From a bacterium (GTDB taxonomy: Bacteria; Patescibacteriota; Minisyncoccia; Minisyncoccales; CG1-02-41-26), in the NCBI GenBank assembly GCA_030603395.1, contig JAUVXX010000006.1, positions 1 through 39,502 of the forward strand: a stretch of 39,502 nucleotides of DNA, in the 5' to 3' direction. The number at the start of each line of letters is the position of its first letter. Positions within the stretch are counted from its first letter, which is position 1. Positions 1 through 6,596 of this stretch are shown here, piece after piece. The translations under genes were made by a program, and so were the position numbers. The notes beneath the pieces are model-generated. The model made no database searches and had not been told where the DNA came from. It was given only the letters and a program-made list of their open reading frames with translations.

Positions 1-417
1 ATCGCCAGCTATCTTAATAATTCCATCCCCGGCTTTTTTGGCTAAAAATGAAACGGTGCCAAAAGTTGCGGCTGAAAATAATCCACCCGGATAACCAGCG
101 GTTTTAACAAGAACGCCATTCGTATTATCAATTAAATCATATCCTGATTGGGAAAGCGCCATCCAGTCGCTTCCCAAGGTAAACGATTTTGCTTCCACAA
201 GGTCAGCTGGATATTCCAGCTCCACTTTGACAGTATAGTTTTTTACGTCTTGAGGATCTACTGCGATTACTACACTAAAATTCTGTCCTTTGGTTACATT
301 AATATTTACCGGGCTAAGCGAAAAGGAGGTAGCCGCAAAAACCGGCATTGCCAAAACCATCATCCCTAATCCACTCAATATAATCGTGAAAATAGATTTT
401 TTTATAGCTTTATTCAT
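1..417 (-). CDS. Secreted cohesin-like domain protein (N-terminal 139 codons; gene continues past the left window edge)
   Basis: Absent from the ORF track because it is truncated. The reverse-complement reading from ATG at 415-417 stays open to position 1. It gives MNKAIKKSIFTIILSGLGMMVLAMPVFAATSFSLSPVNINVTKGQNFSVVIAVDPQDVKNYTVKVELEYPADLVEAKSFTLGSDWMAL...GTVSFLAKKAGDGIIKIAGD. A signal peptide is followed by a beta-strand pattern that resembles cohesin modules. Confidence 0.55.
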   Translation of the reverse strand, partial: MNKAIKKSIFTIILSGLGMMVLAMPVFAATSFSLSPVNINVTKGQNFSVVIAVDPQDVKNYTVKVELEYPADLVEAKSFTLGSDWMALSQSGYDLIDNTNGVLVKTAGYPGGLFSAATFGTVSFLAKKAGDGIIKIAGD

Positions 418-428
418 AATAATTTTAG

Positions 429-3400
429 TTATTTTATCCAATTGACTATTAATAAATTAAAGTCGGAAATATCAACCCTTCCATTATCATCCAAGTCAGC
501 AGCTAAATTGGCTGGGCTATCTCCCCAATTTACCATTAAAAGATTAAAATCAAAGATATCCACTTTGCCATCATCATTTATATCGCCTGTTATCTCCTCT
601 TCTAAAGCCGGGGTAGTAAAAATCCTGTCAGTATGGGTGCCTATGTTACCGCTACTATCTTTTGATTTAATCTGATAATGATAGGCGGTGGAGGGATTTA
701 GATTCCCAAGAGTTACAGAATGGGAAGTAATATAGGTTGTTGTTTTTACCTCTTCGCCATAAGTTGTGGTCTCACCATAAACGAGCCAAGAAATAGATTG
801 TTCATTAGTTTGCCAGGTGATGATAGCGGCATTACTCTTAGCTACTACATTTATTTCGCTAATTGAGGGAGCTGTAGTATCTCCAGCGAGAGCAATGGTA
901 CCACCTCCGCCGCCGCTTGGTGGAGGAGGAACTGTGGTTTGGCTATAAGTAACAAATTTAGTAAAGTGTTTTGTCCAAATAACTAAATCAGGACCAACAT
1001 CAATTTTACAATCACCTTCTGCTGGAAGGGCATTGCCAGCAGCTTGAGTGTCAGCGGTACAAATAGTAGTTATCGGAGTAAATACGCCAGCTCGAGAATA
1101 TCCGACATATTTGTCTGCTTGATCAGCAATCGCGATTCGAACTGCTTGGTCAAACGTTAATTTTATATCCCCATAACCAATTTCAATCACTACTGACACG
1201 GTAGCAGTTTTTCCACTCTCTGGAATTACGGTAACACTTGAAATTAGCTTAACTTCCGGGGCATTAATTTCTCCAGTCCAACCTTTTTCCCCGGTAACAG
1301 TTAGTCCGGCCGGAATTTCAACGGTCACATCACCGACGGTCGTGGTAACAACTATGTCAACTTCTGTTGACATAGTTAGTTGATTATCAACAAGTGTGCC
1401 AGCTAATGAAGTCATCTCTTGATTGGTGTACCAGGGAGAGTAATCTATGCTTTCACTTATCTGGTCTCCGTTTCCTGGGCCCTCTCCACCTGGACCAGTC
1501 TCATCACCCCACCAGTTGTTGGTGGCATCGACTACTTTCTCATCGGCGTTAAGCACTATGAGGCCGTATTCGCCATTATCGTGTATGTTATTGGAATGGA
1601 CCTCGGGAGCAGTCGGTGAATCCTCACCAAAGTCAACATCGCCCCTGTTTATATCAACAGCGATGCCATAGGCTTGGTCGTGAACCTCGTTGCCAGATAT
1701 CTGATTCCTAGGACCTGAGCCGTGGGCTAGGAAGATTCCTGGCATGGTATTCGCAGTGTCGTAAACTGTGTTTCCTTCAACGGTACTGCCTTTCGTAGCA
1801 TCTATCGCAATTCCACCACATCCTCCGGGGAAAGTTTCACCAACATTAGGATCAAGCATGGTGTCGTAAACTTCGTTGTCTCTGATTCTGATGTTGTCGC
1901 TCAAGAGCCATTGAGTGTATCCCGAATTAAGAGCACCTACATAGATACCCATGCGGTCGGTATTGTAAATGGTGTTTCCTTCAATGAGAATGTCTTCAAA
2001 GATGTTGCCATCACCACCTCGCCACAGGCCAATGCCAAGACCACTGTTAGCATTACCAGCAGGGTCGTTTAATATGTCGTGGACTATATTGTCCTGGATA
2101 GTCACATTGGTGCAACCATCCCAGGTGCCAATACCAGCCCAGACAACGGTGAGGTCCATACCGTCGACCTCGAAACCTTCAACGGTTACACCATCGGCAT
2201 TTATCCCGATTATAGGCTCATCCGGTGAGGTACTCGGTTTGACGATGGCACCAGGCTGTCCCGACAGAGTAAGGGGTTTGTCAATGTCGACATACTCATC
2301 GTACGTCCCCGCTGCCACATTGATGGTGTCGCTAGTGGTAGCAGCATCAATGGCTGATTGAATTGAAGGATATCCAGCCTCACCTATTTTTACCGGAGAA
2401 AAACTATTTCCTTCAAGAGCATCTAACCAAGGAGTAAAGTTAACGTTGTCGCTTACTATATCTCCCTGAAAATTAATATTGTAGGTGTTTGAGGAATGTG
2501 TTGGGCCATTTTTTGAATCCCACCAGTTGTTGTTGGCATTAAACACAAAACCATTAGTTGGCGTACCGATAACCTGGATTCCGGCAGCGTTGTCGTAGAT
2601 GTTGTTGAAGTGAGCATCAATGTTTTCTGCGCCGTCATAGCACGACCAGTCATTCGGTGACGGCTCAAAGGTGGGATTCCAATAGTTACCGTCCAGGTCT
2701 ACTCGGATACCATCCCAGCCATTACTATGAATGTCGTTACCAGTGATAGTGTAGTTTTTATTAATCGGCCCCGCGTAGATACCGTTCTTGTCATTGCTAT
2801 AAATCTCGTTATTCTCAATTGTCAGATCTTCAGGACCGTAGGCAGTGGTGGGACCACCGACCTTGTCACTAGAACCGCGGATGAGTAGGATCCCATTACC
2901 ATATTTGAGATTGTCTTCTTCGCCGGCAAGATGCTTCTGGCCATAAATCTCGTTGTTGCGAATAGTAAGACCGGAATAACCGCCAGCGGTCTCAATCCCA
3001 CTGCGGTGAGACCCATAGATTTCGTTGTCCTCAATGACCGTTCCGCTCATCGAGGCCGGGCTAGGCGCACCATACTCATAATACGACGACCAGAGGAACA
3101 CGTTGTTGCCGTTGCCCAGACAGTGGAAAATCTTGTTGCCGGAAAACGTGCTGTTGACAACGCCTTGGTCACTGTAGGGGTGATTCACAATGTAGAGTCC
3201 CATGCGACCTTGGGCGCCGTCCTGAGCCGTTATGTTAGTGTTAGGGCCGATAACGTTGTTACTGACAACAACGTTGCTGATCTCGCGGGTATAAGCATAA
3301 ACGCGAAGTAAAGAGGCATTCAAGTTGCCTACAGCGTTGAGCTCTTGGACGACAAACCCTTTGAAAGTGACATTATCAACATCAACAATGTCGACGATGG

Positions 3401-4766
3401 CGGTGTAGCCACCACTGGGATTAGGATGATTAATAATGGACTCAACCGTGTCATCCCAAGCGTAATCAACCAGAACAGGATAACCGTTCTTGGGTACATC
3501 GTAGGTGGCTCCGAGTAGCGTCAGGGATTTGTCGATGTTAATCATTTCCTCATACGTCCCCGCCGCCACATTGATGGTGTCGCTAGTGGTGGCAGCATCT
3601 ATTGCTGATTGGATGCAGTTATATGTGGTGGAACTAGTGATGTTCACTACATTATAGTTTCGTTTGCCTCCCTCGGGATAAGCTGCGTCAAGCCATGGAG
3701 TGTAGTCTACATTATCGGAAACTCCGTCGCCGCTAGCACAGGGGCTGGTCGTGGCTTGTTTTGGACCGGTGGCATCACCCCACCAGTTGTTTTCAGCGTT
3801 GACAGCCGAGCTTAAACTCTGTACTCCGTAACCAGTATTCTCGTATATTTTGTTATACTCAATTAAGATGTCTCCTGAAGCTCCATCTATTCCAATACCT
3901 AGAGTTGGATTATTGTGAACAGTATTTTGTGTAACAGTAACATCATCGGAACCGTCTTTAATGCTTATTGCTCCAAAACTCCAACCCTCTCCTTGACTAT
4001 TGGTAACACTATTTCCTTCAATTAAACAATCAACACTTCCAGCAAATATAATTCCTGCTTCCCTTGTACCATTTACGACATTGTTTTTTATTTGACAATT
4101 ATCGCTTGGTCCCTGGGCCATCCAGTCTGTTCCTACCCAAATACCTTGGTCACCGGAATTAGTTACAGTATTTTCTTCTATTACAGCATTAGCAGAGTCT
4201 CTGGCAATAAACATTCCATCGCCGACTGAATTTTCTACTATATTATCTTTTATTACTAAATCCTCAAACCTTAATGCGTAGATACCTTCGTGACAATCCT
4301 TAACTTTCACATTTTCTACTCCTCCTCCAGAAAAATCAGAATCACCATCTATGTCTCTAAATAAAATACCATAACCCCCGCAAGTTGCACCATCATCACC
4401 TTTAAATCCTTGTACTGTTAAATCTTTAATGAATACATCATCTGAAATTATTTGAATACCCCTTGGTCCTTTATTCCATGCTGGGCAGGTTGAAGTTCCA
4501 GTAAATGTTCCTGCATCAATTATTGTATTATCCATACCTGCACCTTGTAGTGTCAATGGTTTATCAATAACAATACTCGCTAAACTTGTTGCAGTATAGG
4601 TCCCAGCAGCAACATCAATGATGTCGCCATCGTCTGCTGCATCAATTGCTTCTTGGATTGTTGAATAATCTTCCGGAACATTTATTGTTTCAGCATTAGC
4701 TACAGCAATACCCACACCTAAACCAGCTACTAATGCTATTGCTAAAGATATTATTATCTTTTTCAT
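429..4766 (-). CDS. Giant secreted surface protein (1445 aa): signal peptide, three right-handed parallel beta-helix (PbH1/NosD-like) modules, beta-sandwich region, P/G linker, FN3-like domain, C-terminal type I dockerin
   Basis: Start is placed at ATG 4764-4766 (MKKIIISLAIALVAGLGVGIAVANA signal peptide); the track start at 4820 is a TTG that overlaps the predicted promoter. Three modules each open with IQxAIDAA..GD/DTI.V..GTY and close with NNWWG/D..GP...PW. There are many short N/D/G-rich beta-helix turns. The linker is PPPPSGGGGG. The FN3-like segment reads ITWQTNEQSISWLVYG...AYHYQIKSKDSSGN. The tail is GDINDDGKVDIFDFNLLMVNWGDSPANLAADLDDNGRVDISDFNLLIVNW, two dockerin Ca-binding segments. 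Confidence 0.8.
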   Translation of the reverse strand: MKKIIISLAIALVAGLGVGIAVANAETINVPEDYSTIQEAIDAADDGDIIDVAAGTYTATSLASIVIDKPLTLQGAGMDNTIIDAGTFTGTSTCPAWNKGPRGIQIISDDVFIKDLTVQGFKGDDGATCGGYGILFRDIDGDSDFSGGGVENVKVKDCHEGIYALRFEDLVIKDNIVENSVGDGMFIARDSANAVIEENTVTNSGDQGIWVGTDWMAQGPSDNCQIKNNVVNGTREAGIIFAGSVDCLIEGNSVTNSQGEGWSFGAISIKDGSDDVTVTQNTVHNNPTLGIGIDGASGDILIEYNKIYENTGYGVQSLSSAVNAENNWWGDATGPKQATTSPCASGDGVSDNVDYTPWLDAAYPEGGKRNYNVVNITSSTTYNCIQSAIDAATTSDTINVAAGTYEEMINIDKSLTLLGATYDVPKNGYPVLVDYAWDDTVESIINHPNPSGGYTAIVDIVDVDNVTFKGFVVQELNAVGNLNASLLRVYAYTREISNVVVSNNVIGPNTNITAQDGAQGRMGLYIVNHPYSDQGVVNSTFSGNKIFHCLGNGNNVFLWSSYYEYGAPSPASMSGTVIEDNEIYGSHRSGIETAGGYSGLTIRNNEIYGQKHLAGEEDNLKYGNGILLIRGSSDKVGGPTTAYGPEDLTIENNEIYSNDKNGIYAGPINKNYTITGNDIHSNGWDGIRVDLDGNYWNPTFEPSPNDWSCYDGAENIDAHFNNIYDNAAGIQVIGTPTNGFVFNANNNWWDSKNGPTHSSNTYNINFQGDIVSDNVNFTPWLDALEGNSFSPVKIGEAGYPSIQSAIDAATTSDTINVAAGTYDEYVDIDKPLTLSGQPGAIVKPSTSPDEPIIGINADGVTVEGFEVDGMDLTVVWAGIGTWDGCTNVTIQDNIVHDILNDPAGNANSGLGIGLWRGGDGNIFEDILIEGNTIYNTDRMGIYVGALNSGYTQWLLSDNIRIRDNEVYDTMLDPNVGETFPGGCGGIAIDATKGSTVEGNTVYDTANTMPGIFLAHGSGPRNQISGNEVHDQAYGIAVDINRGDVDFGEDSPTAPEVHSNNIHDNGEYGLIVLNADEKVVDATNNWWGDETGPGGEGPGNGDQISESIDYSPWYTNQEMTSLAGTLVDNQLTMSTEVDIVVTTTVGDVTVEIPAGLTVTGEKGWTGEINAPEVKLISSVTVIPESGKTATVSVVIEIGYGDIKLTFDQAVRIAIADQADKYVGYSRAGVFTPITTICTADTQAAGNALPAEGDCKIDVGPDLVIWTKHFTKFVTYSQTTVPPPPSGGGGGTIALAGDTTAPSISEINVVAKSNAAIITWQTNEQSISWLVYGETTTYGEEVKTTTYITSHSVTLGNLNPSTAYHYQIKSKDSSGNIGTHTDRIFTTPALEEEITGDINDDGKVDIFDFNLLMVNWGDSPANLAADLDDNGRVDISDFNLLIVNWIK
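2303..2348 (-). repeat. Intragenic repeat copy A (head of beta-helix module 3)
   Basis: Matches 3554-3599 at 44 of 46 nt, aligned by eye. Encodes DAATTSDTINVAAGTY. Confidence 0.8.
3554..3599 (-). repeat. Intragenic repeat copy B (head of beta-helix module 2)
   Basis: Matches 2303-2348 at 44 of 46 nt. Encodes the same DAATTSDTINVAAGTY peptide. Confidence 0.8.
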
Positions 4767-4798
4767 TTTATTTTTTTTCTGAAAGAGTAACTGCCTAC

Positions 4799-4828
4799 AT
4801 TTAATCATAGAATAGGGCAAATTGTCAA
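4799..4828 (-). promoter_or_regulatory. Putative sigma70-type promoter of the giant surface-protein gene
   Basis: On the minus strand, TTGACA (4823-4828) is followed by 18 nt and then TTAAAT (4799-4804), about 33 nt upstream of ATG 4766. Confidence 0.35.
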
Positions 4829-4865
4829 CCCTTTAAACAGGGGGCAGTCCTCTGGAAGTTTTGAA

Positions 4866-4913
4866 GTAAAAAAAGTTGGGTCCCCCGGAAGTCAAAAGAC
4901 AGCAAGGGGACCC
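4866..4913 (-). terminator. Rho-independent terminator of the orphan minus-strand transcript
   Basis: The minus strand reads GGGTCCCC-(20 nt with inner GTC/GAC pairing)-GGGGACCC, then AAC and TTTTTTT. Stem arms are at 4878-4885 and 4906-4913, and the A-run on plus is at 4868-4874. Confidence 0.5.
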
Positions 4914-4992
4914 CCTCCTATGTAAAAACACTATACTGCTCAATCCTTCGGGACACATAACCCGTTGTTTCCGTTCGTTGCCGGGGATACCT

Positions 4993-5184
4993 CTACTTGA
5001 CTTTGTAACCGTGCAGGGTTATGGCCGACTCGTGTCTTCCCGCCACTTGGCTATCACTAATCCTCATTTCGGCAGCGGGTGAACGACAACGCTGCCGGTT
5101 TACTAATTTGCCCATTTTTTCCTCCTGGAAATCTTGGGAAAAATAAAGCAATCTGCCCTGGCGCATACACATATAAAGATGCAA
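4993..5184 (-). CDS. Possible small basic protein (63 aa from TTG 5182-5184, or 40 aa from ATG 5113-5115) inside the orphan transcript
   Basis: Two in-frame starts each sit exactly 5 nt downstream of a GGAGG: GGAGG at 5190-5194 before the TTG, and GGAGG at 5121-5125 before the ATG. The 40-aa peptide is MGKLVNRQRCRSPAAEMRISDSQVAGRHESAITLHGYKVK. I recognise no family, and strong RNA helices lie inside the frame, so coding status is uncertain. Confidence 0.25.
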   Translation of the reverse strand: MHLYMCMRQGRLLYFSQDFQEEKMGKLVNRQRCRSPAAEMRISDSQVAGRHESAITLHGYKVK

Positions 5185-5241
5185 ATTCACCTCCTTTTTC
5201 TGCAGATGCGTCATTCCAAAAAGATTGTTAAAGCACTTTAA

Positions 5242-5269
5242 ATTGTAATTAAAAAGGGGAACTTGTCAA
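5242..5269 (-). promoter_or_regulatory. Near-consensus sigma70 promoter (TTGACA-N16-TACAAT) of the orphan minus-strand transcript
   Basis: The minus strand has TTGACA at 5264-5269, a 16-nt spacer and TACAAT at 5242-5247. Confidence 0.55.
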
Positions 5270-5318
5270 ATAAGGGATTGTGGATAACTATCTCCGGGGA
5301 GGGTGAAGCTCGTGGATG

Positions 5319-5346
5319 TTGACAATGGGTTTGGTTTTGCTATAAT
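5319..5346 (+). promoter_or_regulatory. Consensus sigma70 promoter (TTGACA-N16-TATAAT) of the candidate plus-strand sRNA
   Basis: TTGACA at 5319-5324, a 16-nt spacer and TATAAT at 5341-5346. It is divergent from the 5242-5269 promoter, and no plus-strand ORF follows it. Confidence 0.6.
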
Positions 5347-5352
5347 GAAGAT

Positions 5353-5516
5353 AGTTCTTCCTTTGAACAATTAGTGGGGGAGATATTGGCAAGGCCACAA
5401 AGAAGTCTGAAATAGATGCTGTCAAAGTTCCCTTAGTTTTACCGAAACAAATGCCAATGCTCCCCCCATAAAAAAACAGGTCACCTTGGTGAATCACCTC
5501 GGTCTCCTGTTTTTTC
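5353..5516 (+). ncRNA. Candidate ~165-nt small RNA of unknown family
   Basis: The predicted TSS is about 7 nt after the -10 element. A 5' hairpin GAAGA-TAGT-TCTTC is followed by a long-range helix: GGGGGAG..TTGGCA pairs with TGCCAA..CTCCCCC around a roughly 60-nt interior. The unit ends in the hairpin plus T-run at 5476-5516. The only plus-strand ATG frame I traced in the unit (ATGCTGTCAAAGTTCCCTTAG) is 6 codons long. Confidence 0.4.
5470..5516. terminator. Bidirectional intrinsic terminator (candidate sRNA on plus, membrane-protein gene 5535-5888 on minus)
   Basis: An imperfect hairpin pairs ACAGG..ACC with GGT..CCTGT (5476-5510). It is flanked by an A-run at 5470-5476 and a T-run at 5510-5516, so either strand reads hairpin followed by U-run. 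Confidence 0.55.
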
Positions 5517-5534
5517 TTTGAGGATATTTTATGA

Positions 5535-5888
5535 TTATTTTTTAAGTAAAGCTAAAATGCCAGCAACGATTAAGAGAGGGCCGGCGATAATATAAGCCAG
5601 AGAAACGGCCATAAAGCCGCCAATGCCGCTCAAGAGCATCAAGGTGCCAGCTATCTTGGGGTTTTGGTTGACAATGACTCCCCCGATGATGCCGACAACC
5701 ACCAGATAAATGGTGGTTCGACCAAGAGCCGCGGCTGGAGAAATTTCCGCTACCCCAAAAACTGACCCCAAGCTGCCAAAAAGCAAAAGAAAAAGAGCTA
5801 TTTCCAAACCAAAAATACTTCCCAAGACCGCCAAGATGGTGGCGGTGGGTCGAGCTACTTTGGGTTCCTCTGTCGGTTTATTTAGCAT
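5535..5888 (-). CDS. Small integral membrane protein (about 4 TM helices), function unknown
   Basis: 117-aa ORF with an ATG start and hydrophobic G/I/L/V-rich segments. Last gene of the clpB-containing run. Confidence 0.6.
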   Translation of the reverse strand: MLNKPTEEPKVARPTATILAVLGSIFGLEIALFLLLFGSLGSVFGVAEISPAAALGRTTIYLVVVGIIGGVIVNQNPKIAGTLMLLSGIGGFMAVSLAYIIAGPLLIVAGILALLKK

Positions 5889-5912
5889 AGTCTAATTAGA
5901 TTATAACAAAAA

Positions 5913-6593
5913 TTAAAGGCCAACGAAAGAGCGAATTTTAGAAACGGGGATGGCAGAGACCTCCCCTGCCTCGTTTATTTTGACCAAGCCCAAAAATTTG
6001 CCCTCAAAGGTAAATAAGGGGCAACCGGAGAAATCTTCTTTTTCCAGAATATTGGTGGCAATTAAATCTTCAGAGAAACTCTTGACAATTCCCTGATTAA
6101 CCACTTTCTCTGCGCCGATTAAAAAAACCGAGGTTCCAACCTTCAATTTCTCAAAGTCAAAGAAAGAAGTGGTTTTTAGATTGCTTTTCTCAATCTTGAT
6201 TAAGGCTAAATCAAATTTCAGGTCCTTTTTTAGGAGCCGAAAAGCGGTTTCTTGGCCGTCAATAAAAATAGCATCTCCCTGGAGCAGTAAAGTTGCTCGG
6301 GTTAAAATTTGGCCGTCTGAAGTCAAGGAAAATCCACAACCCTGGTTCTCGTCAGAACTTAAATTAAAAACCGCGGCCTCAACACTCTCAACCGCTTTTT
6401 CCAAGGCCTCGGTTTCTTTGATAATTATTTCCTGGGTGGGATTAATGATTATTTCCCTTTTTAAACTCTCCATAATTTTAGATTCTTCAAAAAAGGGAAT
6501 TCCCATTAAGTAGGGAATCAAAAAAACCTGGGAGATGGTCCCCCCGATTGCTCCCAGAACCAGAATGCCGACAATTTTCAAGATAATTTTCAT
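5913..6593 (-). CDS. Membrane-anchored HtrA/trypsin-like domain protein lacking the catalytic His (likely pseudoprotease)
   Basis: An N-terminal TM helix is followed by GCGFSLTSDGQILTRATLL, DLALIKIE and DFSGCPLF. These align with GTGFVISEDGMILTNKHVV, DLAILKVE and GNSGGPLL of the genuine HtrA at 9347-10672. Confidence 0.6.
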   Translation of the reverse strand: MKIILKIVGILVLGAIGGTISQVFLIPYLMGIPFFEESKIMESLKREIIINPTQEIIIKETEALEKAVESVEAAVFNLSSDENQGCGFSLTSDGQILTRATLLLQGDAIFIDGQETAFRLLKKDLKFDLALIKIEKSNLKTTSFFDFEKLKVGTSVFLIGAEKVVNQGIVKSFSEDLIATNILEKEDFSGCPLFTFEGKFLGLVKINEAGEVSAIPVSKIRSFVGL

Positions 6594-6596
6594 TGA

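Larger units (their letters stand above)
4866..5235 (-). ncRNA. Orphan ~370-nt GC-rich transcription unit: unidentified structured RNA and/or small-protein mRNA
   Basis: Bounded by a near-consensus promoter (5242-5269) and a terminator (4866-4913). Hand-counted GC is 33/60 for 4981-5040 and 34/60 for 5041-5100, against about 40% in flanking genes. There is a perfect 8-bp hairpin, CGGCAGCG/CGCTGCCG (5070-5077 with 5090-5097). There is also a long-range 8-bp helix, CATAACCC/GGGTTATG (4956-4963 with 5016-5023). No known RNA-family signature was recognised. Confidence 0.35.

Noticed and set aside
4767-4820. An 18-codon N-terminal extension of the giant ORF (track start at 4820).
   Set aside because: The extension begins with TTG and overlaps the predicted promoter (-10 at 4799-4804). 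A textbook signal peptide begins at the ATG at 4766.
5188-5196. CACCTCCTT on the plus strand, identical to the 3' end of 16S rRNA.
   Set aside because: It is simply the complement of an AAGGAGGTG Shine-Dalgarno on the minus strand. There is no rRNA context around it.
4866-5235. Identifying the GC-rich orphan RNA as RNase P RNA, tmRNA, SRP RNA, or a cobalamin, c-di-GMP or T-box leader.
   Set aside because: - RNase P: I found no GAGGAAAGUCC-type P4 strand. The closest match is GGAGGAAAAAAUGGGC, which has no complementary 3' strand. I found no ACAGAACCCGGCUUA-like element with the correct long-range partner.
- tmRNA: there is no GGUUCGA T-loop and no acceptor/CCA end.
- SRP RNA: there is no GGAAGCAGC domain IV.
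- Riboswitch families: only loose partial resemblances.

This was a by-eye check only, so Rfam should still be run.
5288-5497. A 69-aa minus-strand ORF in the intergenic region.
   Set aside because: It spans the plus-strand consensus promoter and the candidate sRNA. It has no SD and an implausible composition. The sRNA interpretation explains the promoter, helix and terminator better.
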